Shown here: positions 57,527 to 64,000 of the stretch, in pieces
Numbering within the stretch: the first letter of the stretch is position 1
How the letters are laid out: every line of letters starts with the position of its first letter
Source: Alkalispirochaeta sp.
GTDB lineage: Bacteria; Spirochaetota; Spirochaetia; DSM-27196; Alkalispirochaetaceae
Length of the DNA stretch: 64,000 nt
Reading direction: 5' to 3'
Assembly (NCBI GenBank): GCA_965242725.1
Contig: CBDESZ010000018.1
Location: forward strand, 320,001-384,000
Program-made: the position numbers and the translations under genes
The notes under the pieces: generated by a model
Databases searched by the model: none
What the model saw: the letters and a program-made list of their open reading frames with translations, nothing else
Told to the model about the DNA's origin: nothing

Positions 57527-57532
57527 ACGGGG

Positions 57533-58435
57533 TTACACCTCATTTCGATAGAGGGGATGAATTTTCTTTCTGTATTCCTCGTAGCCTTCGTCGGCGTGAT
57601 AGGAGGAACGGACGAGCGGGCCCGCGTCGCAGTGCGTGAATCCCCGTTCCATGGCAGCATCTTTCAATGCCGCAAATTCCTCGGGCAGCCAATAGCGCTG
57701 GACCGGAAGATGGGTCCGCGACGGCTGAAGGTACTGGCCGATGTTGAGAAGCTGCACGTCCACCCCGCGGAGGTCGTCCATGGTGGTCGTGATATCCTCA
57801 ATGGTCTCGCCGAGGCCGACCATGATGCTGCTCTTTGTCACAATCCGCGGCGCGTATTCCCGGGAGTAGCGCAACACCTCGAGTGACCGGTCATAGTCGC
57901 TGCGGGACCGCACCTGTCTTGTCAGGCGGCGCACCGTCTCGATGTTGTGGCTCATGATTTCAGGTTCGGCGTCCAATACGGTGGCGATTGCCTCCCGGTG
58001 TCCAAGGAAATCGCCCGTCAGCACCTCCACGGTGCAACCAGGAGCGTCACGATGTATCGAATTGACCGTCGCGGCCATGATTGCCGCGCCTCCGTCCTTG
58101 AGATCGTCACGGTTGACCATGGTGATCACCACGTGTTTCAGTTCCATCTTTCGGACCGATTCGGCAACGCGTTTTGGCTCGCCCACATCGACGGCACCGG
58201 GCAACCCCGTCTTGACCGCGCAGAATCGACAGCGCCTGGTACAGGTATCGCCGAGGATCATGAAGGTCGCCGTCCGATGCACGCCCCAGCATTCATGAAT
58301 ATTGGGACAACGCGCCTCTTCACACACCGTATGAAGGCGCTCTTCCTTCATGAGACGTTTCAAATAACGGAAGTTGTCGCTGGTATTGAGTTTGATCTTC
58401 AGCCAGTCGGGTTTTCGAACTACGTCGGCACTCAT
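57533..58435 (-). CDS. lipA: Lipoyl synthase
   Basis: [38 protein letters not shown]. Confidence 0.97.
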   Translation of the reverse strand: MSADVVRKPDWLKIKLNTSDNFRYLKRLMKEERLHTVCEEARCPNIHECWGVHRTATFMILGDTCTRRCRFCAVKTGLPGAVDVGEPKRVAESVRKMELKHVVITMVNRDDLKDGGAAIMAATVNSIHRDAPGCTVEVLTGDFLGHREAIATVLDAEPEIMSHNIETVRRLTRQVRSRSDYDRSLEVLRYSREYAPRIVTKSSIMVGLGETIEDITTTMDDLRGVDVQLLNIGQYLQPSRTHLPVQRYWLPEEFAALKDAAMERGFTHCDAGPLVRSSYHADEGYEEYRKKIHPLYRNEV

Positions 58436-58482
58436 GGATTCATGGTATCGAAGTTGCCACCATGCGACAACCGCCGGCGTTA

Positions 58483-58511
58483 TTGACAGACCTTCCACCC
58501 CCCCGTACTGT
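58483..58511 (+). promoter_or_regulatory. Sigma70 promoter (leaderless) of the rhomboid-prfA-prmC-rel operon
   Basis: TTGACA-N17-TACTGT-N6-ATG. Confidence 0.75.
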
Positions 58512-58517
58512 GGGCGC

Positions 58518-59081
58518 ATGAGAATTCGCTACAATGCACCGGTGACGCTGACGTTCGCGTTGGCGGCGTCACTTGTGCTTTTGCTTGATCAGACGGCATA
58601 TCCGAGAGTTCTGGAAACGTTTTTTATCGCTCCGGCACGGATGAATCCGGCGTCTCCCGTCGATTACGTCCGTCTTTTTACCCATGTGATCGGACATTCA
58701 AACTGGGCACATTTGATCGACAATTTTGCAGTGATCCTCCTGTTGGGACCAATCCTTGAAGAAAAATACGGATCGGGAAGCCTCCTTATGATGATCCTCG
58801 TGACCGCGCTGGTGACGGGACTTCTCAATGTGCTCTTTCTTCCCACAGGCCTCCTCGGCGCGAGCGGCGTGGTCTTCATGATGATTCTCCTCGTCTCCTT
58901 TACAAACATACGCCACGGTGAAATTCCCCTTACTTTTATCCTTATCGTGGTGCTGTATCTCGTCAAAGAGGTTGTCGCATCGCTGCAGGCCGACTCGGTC
59001 GCCCAGTTTGCCCATATCGCCGGGGGTATCATAGGAAGCATGTTCGGCTTTATGAGGCCTCGCAGGAACGGACAGGCATGA
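58518..59081 (+). CDS. Rhomboid-family intramembrane serine protease
   Basis: [19 protein letters not shown]; multiple TM helices. Confidence 0.9.
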   Translation: MRIRYNAPVTLTFALAASLVLLLDQTAYPRVLETFFIAPARMNPASPVDYVRLFTHVIGHSNWAHLIDNFAVILLLGPILEEKYGSGSLLMMILVTALVTGLLNVLFLPTGLLGASGVVFMMILLVSFTNIRHGEIPLTFILIVVLYLVKEVVASLQADSVAQFAHIAGGIIGSMFGFMRPRRNGQA

Positions 59082-60130
59082 CAGAGAAATACGAACACAT
59101 ACAGGCCCGCCTCTCCGAGGTGGAGCGTCTCGTTGCCGACCCGGAGATCCACAAGGATCAGCAGAAAGCTGTGGAGACGATGCGGGAGCACGCCCGTCTT
59201 TCACGCATCGTGGAACAGTGGGACGAAGTCAACACACTGGAACGGCGAATCGGTGAAAACCGGGAAATCATTGATAACGAAGAGGACCCGGAACTCCGCG
59301 CGATGGCCGGGGAAGAGATTGAGGAGCTTCTCCCGCGCCTGGAGCGGGCGCAGAAGAACCTGACCATGCTCCTCATACCACCGGATCCCCTGGACGGCAA
59401 AAATACGATCATGGAAATTCGTGCCGGTACCGGCGGGGACGAAGCGTCACTGTTTGCCGCCGACCTGTACCGCATGTACATGCGATACGCCGAATCGATG
59501 AACTGGAAGACCGAACTCATTGAAGCGAACGAAACGGAAGTGGGCGGCTTCAAGGAGGTGATCGTCTCCATTGCGGGACAGGAAGTATACAGTCACCTCA
59601 AATTTGAAAGCGGCGTCCATCGGGTGCAACGAGTACCCGCAACCGAGAGCGGCGGGCGGATCCACACCTCGGCGGTGACGGTGGCTGTTCTGCCGGAGGC
59701 GGAGGAAACGGATATCACCATTCGGCCCGAGGAGTTGAAGATCGACGTATTCCGCTCTTCCGGACCGGGTGGGCAGAGTGTAAATACAACCGACTCGGCC
59801 GTCCGTGTGACGCACCTTCCTTCCGGTCTCGTGGTGATCTGTCAGGACGAAAAAAGTCAGCTCAAGAACAAGGCAAAGGCATTACGCGTTCTCAAGGCGC
59901 GTCTCTTTGAACAGGAAGAACGGAAGCGGCGGGAGGAAGAGGCTGCCGCACGAAAAAGCCAGGTTGGAAGCGGGGATCGGAGCGAGCGAATTCGTACCTA
60001 TAACTTTCCCCAGAACCGGCTCACCGACCATAGAATCAACCTTACCCTCTATAGACTTGACGGAATCATCTCCGGAGACCTTTCGGAGGTCATCGAAACG
60101 CTGCGGCTGAGCGCACATAAGGAACCATAG
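59078..60130 (+). CDS. prfA: Peptide chain release factor 1
   Basis: [15 protein letters not shown] (PxT), [12 protein letters not shown]. Confidence 0.97.
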   Translation: MTEKYEHIQARLSEVERLVADPEIHKDQQKAVETMREHARLSRIVEQWDEVNTLERRIGENREIIDNEEDPELRAMAGEEIEELLPRLERAQKNLTMLLIPPDPLDGKNTIMEIRAGTGGDEASLFAADLYRMYMRYAESMNWKTELIEANETEVGGFKEVIVSIAGQEVYSHLKFESGVHRVQRVPATESGGRIHTSAVTVAVLPEAEETDITIRPEELKIDVFRSSGPGGQSVNTTDSAVRVTHLPSGLVVICQDEKSQLKNKAKALRVLKARLFEQEERKRREEEAAARKSQVGSGDRSERIRTYNFPQNRLTDHRINLTLYRLDGIISGDLSEVIETLRLSAHKEP

Positions 60131-60132
60131 GA

Positions 60133-61047
60133 TTGCCGACGGTTCGATCACTCCTCCAGGAGGCGGCGCGTACACTGACAGGCAGTGCAACCCCGCAGCT
60201 GGACACCCTTGTTCTTCTGGAATGGGTATCTCACCGCGATCGGGGAACGCTGCTGGCGGAATATTCCGCACCGGCAGAGGAGATACTCTCGCCCCTTCAG
60301 ATCAGCGATTTTCGCACTGTAGTGACCCGTCGTGCCCGGGGAGAGCCGATCGCCTATATTACGGGGATGAAGGAGTTCTATGGCCGTGAATTTCTTGTCG
60401 GTCCGGGTGTACTCATTCCCCGTCCCGATTCGGAGTCGATCGTACAACGGGGTGTGGAGCTCCTGCGCGAGGGGTGCCGCGGGAGCTGTACAATCTTTGA
60501 CTGCTTTACCGGATCGGGCTGTATCGGGTTGAGCACGGCCCTTACTTACGAAGAAGATTTTCTCCTCGGCGGAGACGGTACGGTCACCCTCACCCTTGGC
60601 GATGTTGACGACCACGCCCTGGAATGGTGCAGGCGGAACGTGAAAAAACACGGCGACTCCGTTTCGTCACGGGTACGGATTTCGGTAAAAAAAGGTGATC
60701 TCCTTACGGGGTTACCGAAGTCGGCGGAATTTGACCTTATCACCGCCAATCCGCCCTATCTCACCGAGACCGAGACGGAGGAAGCCCTTTCCGCCGGTTG
60801 GGGAGAACCATCAGTCGCCCTGGCCGCGGGTATGGACGGACTGGAAATAATTCGGGAATTTCTTCCCGGGGCGTTTTCACACCTTCGTCCGGGGGGATAT
60901 CTTGTAATGGAACACGGTTTTTCCCAGGGTGACGCGGTGCGGGAGCTGGCGGGCGCTGCCGGCTTCATTGGCATCCGGACCGGACGCGATCTTGCCGATA
61001 ATGATAGATACCTGGAGGCGAAAAAACCGGCGGAACAGGTAAGATGA
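60133..61047 (+). CDS. prmC: Release factor glutamine methyltransferase
   Basis: GEPIAYI, LIPRPDSE, TGSGCI, NPPY; follows prfA. Confidence 0.94.
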   Translation: MPTVRSLLQEAARTLTGSATPQLDTLVLLEWVSHRDRGTLLAEYSAPAEEILSPLQISDFRTVVTRRARGEPIAYITGMKEFYGREFLVGPGVLIPRPDSESIVQRGVELLREGCRGSCTIFDCFTGSGCIGLSTALTYEEDFLLGGDGTVTLTLGDVDDHALEWCRRNVKKHGDSVSSRVRISVKKGDLLTGLPKSAEFDLITANPPYLTETETEEALSAGWGEPSVALAAGMDGLEIIREFLPGAFSHLRPGGYLVMEHGFSQGDAVRELAGAAGFIGIRTGRDLADNDRYLEAKKPAEQVR

Positions 61048-63074
61048 TATCTACAATTGAAGAACTGAAACATATTGTCTCGTCCTATTCCGCCCAGGAG
61101 CAGACACGCATCATCGAGGCGGCGGAACTTTCGCGGACCCTCCATATAGAGCAGGTTCGTGATTCCGGTGAACCCTATTTCATACACCCCCTGCAGGTTG
61201 CTGAAATTCTCATCGGTATGAAGCTCGACGGAACGACCATCGCGGCGTCGCTGCTTCACGACGTCCTTGAAGATACGATTCTCACCAGGGGAGAGCTGAA
61301 AAAGCGGTGCGGTCGTGACGTAGACCTTCTTGTGTACGGGGTAACGAAAATTTCCGTCGTCAAGGCGAAAAACAAGAGCGTCCAGGAAGCGGAGACGATC
61401 CGGAAAATGCTTCTCGCCATGGTCAAGGACGTCCGGGTCATTCTGATAAAGCTGGCCGACAAGCTTCACAACATGCGCACCCTGGAATACAAGGAAGATT
61501 ACCGTCAGCGCGAAATCGCCCAGGAGACACTGGACATCTATGCTCCCCTTGCAGGGCGCCTCGGAATCAGCTGGATGAAGGACGAGCTTGAAGACCTCTC
61601 CCTGAAACACCTCCACCCCGACATCTATCAATCGATCAAGGAACGTGTCTCGGAGAAAAAGGATCAGCGCAGCGCCTACCTTCACCGTATCATGGAGACG
61701 ATACGCAAAGAGGCGAGAAAGGAAAAGGTGCCCGTCGTCGTGGAAAGTCGGGCAAAACACTTCTACAGCATTTACCACAAGATGCGGCGATTCGGTAAAG
61801 AGCTCAATGAGATGTACGATCTTCTGGGCGTCCGTATGCTGTGTGATACCACGACGGAGTGCTATCAGCTTCTCGGTCTCGTACACCGCCTGTGGCCCCC
61901 CATCGAAGGCCGCTTCAAAGACTATATCGCCATGCCGAAGTCCAATCAGTACCAGAGTCTCCACACGGCGGTCGTCGGATTCGACGGAAAAATCGTGGAG
62001 TTTCAGATTCGCACCCATGACATGCACCGGACTGCCGAATATGGCGTTGCCGCCCACTGGCTGTACAAGAAGGGACTGACACAGAACCGATTCAAGCCCG
62101 ACGACCTGGCAATCATGCACCGTGTCAGGGACCTGAAGGACTCCCGCATTACCACCGACGAGTTCCTGGAGGAGATCAAGCGGGAAATTCTTCGTGATTC
62201 CATTTACGTGTTTACCCCCAAGGGAGACGCCATACAGCTGCCCAAGGGATCCACGGCGATCGACTTTGCCTACCATATTCACACGGAAGTCGGCCAGCAT
62301 ACGATGGGGGCAAAGGCGGACGGCGCGATCATCCCGCTGAAGGAACCGTTGAAGAACACGCAGGTGATAGAAGTCCTGACCAGTCCCGGCGCTCATCCCC
62401 ACCTCAACTGGCTGCGGTACGCCCGCACCTCCCGGGCGCGCAGTAAAATCCGGGCGTGGCTCAACAAGAATGATGAAAACCTCATCATCAACCAGCGTAT
62501 TATCGCCCGGAAGACGACCAAACTCGATTCCCCGCAGGATACGTCCACGGCGCCGGGCAAGACGACATCAAAATCTTCCGAGGGAAGTCCGTCAAGCGAG
62601 ACCAGCCAGATCCTGGACGAGCATAAGGTCAATATCCGGGTGGGCAAAGAGAAAAACATAATGATTCACTTTGCCCAGTGCTGTCATCCAAGCACCGGAG
62701 ACGATATCGTCGGATACGTTTCCAGGGGACGGGGCATCATCATCCACAAGCGTGACTGCCGCAGTCTCCTGAGCATCCCCGATGTACAGGAACGGATGAT
62801 CGAGGTTGAATGGGAGACGGTTTCCCCGAAGACGACGCGGCGCTTTCGCGTCGCCGCCCGGCGCTCAAGCGATCTCTTCAGCGAAATCGAAGGAGCCGTA
62901 CGAAAGATACACGGGCACCTCATTGAGGGACGCATAGACGAGACGAGCCAGGGTACACTGGAAGCTAGTTTCACCCTGGAAGTTGAGCGCCGGCAGGACC
63001 TGCGCAAGATCGCGAAGTGCATTCGCGCGATTCCGGCGGTCATGAGTCTTCAGGATATTCCCGAAAGTTCCTGA
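61044..63074 (+). CDS. rel: Bifunctional (p)ppGpp synthetase/hydrolase
   Basis: HDVLED, KLADKLHNMRTL, YQSLHT, EFQIRT, TGS (DFAYHIHT), CC/H-C zinc motif, ACT. Confidence 0.96.
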   Translation: MISTIEELKHIVSSYSAQEQTRIIEAAELSRTLHIEQVRDSGEPYFIHPLQVAEILIGMKLDGTTIAASLLHDVLEDTILTRGELKKRCGRDVDLLVYGVTKISVVKAKNKSVQEAETIRKMLLAMVKDVRVILIKLADKLHNMRTLEYKEDYRQREIAQETLDIYAPLAGRLGISWMKDELEDLSLKHLHPDIYQSIKERVSEKKDQRSAYLHRIMETIRKEARKEKVPVVVESRAKHFYSIYHKMRRFGKELNEMYDLLGVRMLCDTTTECYQLLGLVHRLWPPIEGRFKDYIAMPKSNQYQSLHTAVVGFDGKIVEFQIRTHDMHRTAEYGVAAHWLYKKGLTQNRFKPDDLAIMHRVRDLKDSRITTDEFLEEIKREILRDSIYVFTPKGDAIQLPKGSTAIDFAYHIHTEVGQHTMGAKADGAIIPLKEPLKNTQVIEVLTSPGAHPHLNWLRYARTSRARSKIRAWLNKNDENLIINQRIIARKTTKLDSPQDTSTAPGKTTSKSSEGSPSSETSQILDEHKVNIRVGKEKNIMIHFAQCCHPSTGDDIVGYVSRGRGIIIHKRDCRSLLSIPDVQERMIEVEWETVSPKTTRRFRVAARRSSDLFSEIEGAVRKIHGHLIEGRIDETSQGTLEASFTLEVERRQDLRKIAKCIRAIPAVMSLQDIPESS

Positions 63075-63129
63075 TCATTATTGTCGGTTTTATTGCCGCG
63101 CCGCCCCGTCGATCGCTATCTTATCACCC

Positions 63130-63630
63130 ATGGCAGAAATAAAACTTAAGGGAAACACAATCCATACGAGCGGTAACCTTCCCGGTGTCGGAAGCAAGGC
63201 ACCCGATTTTGTCCTGACCCGGGGAGATCTTGAAGATGTTCGCCTCTCCGACTTTGCGGGGAAGAAGAAAATTCTCAACATTGTACCCAGTCTCGACACG
63301 GGTGTCTGCGCGGCAAGTGCGCGCAGGTTTGACAAGGAAGTTGCAAAGCTGGACAACGTCGTCTGTCTCACCGTGAGCGACGATCTGCCCTTTGCATCGT
63401 CCCGTTTCTGCAAGGCAGAAGGCGTTGAAAACGTCGTCACCCTCAGCGAACTTCGAAACAGGGATTTCGGAAAGGACTACGGCTGTCGAATCGTCGACGG
63501 ACCGATGGCGGGCCTTCTGAGCAGGGCGGTGGTCGTCCTTGATGAGAAAGATTCCGTCGTTTACACCGAGCAGGTCCCCGAAATCGTACAGGAACCGGAC
63601 TACGACAAGGTCCTCCAGGTTCTTGCGTAG
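63130..63630 (+). CDS. tpx: Thiol peroxidase (atypical 2-Cys peroxiredoxin)
   Basis: PSLDTGVC, DLPFA..RFC, LLSRAV, EPDYD. Confidence 0.96.
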   Translation: MAEIKLKGNTIHTSGNLPGVGSKAPDFVLTRGDLEDVRLSDFAGKKKILNIVPSLDTGVCAASARRFDKEVAKLDNVVCLTVSDDLPFASSRFCKAEGVENVVTLSELRNRDFGKDYGCRIVDGPMAGLLSRAVVVLDEKDSVVYTEQVPEIVQEPDYDKVLQVLA

Positions 63631-63640
63631 TTCGCGTTGA

Positions 63641-63677
63641 TTGACACCTCCTGCGGAGGACACTACGATGTCCTCCG
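63641..63677 (+). promoter_or_regulatory. Sigma70 promoter of bioY with an inverted repeat around the -10 box
   Basis: TTGACA-N17-TACGAT; CGGAGGACA/TGTCCTCCG arms. Confidence 0.7.
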
Positions 63678-63679
63678 TA

Positions 63680-64000
63680 ATGGCTATGAGCGGTTCACAA
63701 GAACATAACCAACACGACCGACTGTCCCAGGTGACCTATGCACGACGGGTACAGACTTCGGCGCTGTTTGTGGCACTGATCGCCGCGGGGGCCTTTGTAT
63801 CCATCCCCCTTCCCTTTTCGCCGGTACCTATCGTTCTCCAGAATTTCTTCGTCGTCGCGACGGGATCCATTCTCACCGCACCATGGGCGGCGGTGACGGT
63901 GGCGGTATATCTGGCGATGGGCGCGATCGGCCTGCCGGTATTTGCAGGAGCGACGGGCGGTCTGTCCCACTTTGCGGGCCCCACGGGAGGATTTCTCGTC
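63680..64000 (+). CDS. bioY: Biotin transporter BioY, 5' part (runs off the window; absent from the ORF track)
   Basis: Manual translation: ALFVALIAAGAF, PFSPVPIVLQNF, YLAMGAIGLPVFAG, GPTGGFL. Confidence 0.93.
   Translation, partial: MAMSGSQEHNQHDRLSQVTYARRVQTSALFVALIAAGAFVSIPLPFSPVPIVLQNFFVVATGSILTAPWAAVTVAVYLAMGAIGLPVFAGATGGLSHFAGPTGGFLV

Noticed and set aside
60756..62402. 548-aa minus-strand ORF
   Set aside because: Antisense shadow of prmC/rel
59078..63074. prfA-prmC-rel linkage as a novelty
   Set aside because: All motifs are ordinary and, from memory, this order is already known in spirochaetes
63695..63984. Minus-strand ORFs at the window end
   Set aside because: Antisense to the clear bioY frame
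1..64000. CRISPR array, IS element, integrase, prophage or defence island
   Set aside because: No regularly spaced repeats, transposase/integrase motifs or phage genes seen; the content is core-like throughout

Overview
Core-chromosome segment of a free-living spirochaete (Spirochaetaceae-like, judged from FlaB-type flagellin, a UPF0164/FadL-like barrel, a PUR-family protein, a short SMC and spirochaete-type gene order). It holds about 57 CDSs, mostly housekeeping: the rpoD 5' end, dnaG, map, thiN, flaB, cca, rnc-acpP-rpmF-coaD, the ffh-rpsP-khpA-rimM-trmD-rplS operon with a flagellar/c-di-GMP tail, smc, rnhB, ktrAB, a TAXI-TRAP transporter, ligA, lipA, prfA-prmC-rel, tpx and the bioY 5' end. 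It also carries tRNA-Thr(TGT) and tRNA-Tyr(GTA). I saw no mobile element, prophage, CRISPR array or defence island. The most notable items are: (1) a candidate trans-envelope signalling module (FadL/PorV-like barrel, 1001-aa helical exported protein, ~1550-aa propeller/HAMP/PP2C sensor phosphatase); (2) a giant barrel-Ig-repeat-OmpA fusion inside the dnaG-rpoD operon; (3) about a dozen genes with a -10 box 5-7 nt before the start codon, suggesting pervasive leaderless mRNA; (4) a two-hairpin sRNA candidate with an anti-Shine-Dalgarno loop in the lipA 3' region; (5) an SMC lacking a recognisable hinge, coupled to membrane/lipoprotein genes; (6) two single-base homopolymer frameshifts that are probably assembly errors. 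All calls are from reading motifs by eye; no searches were run.
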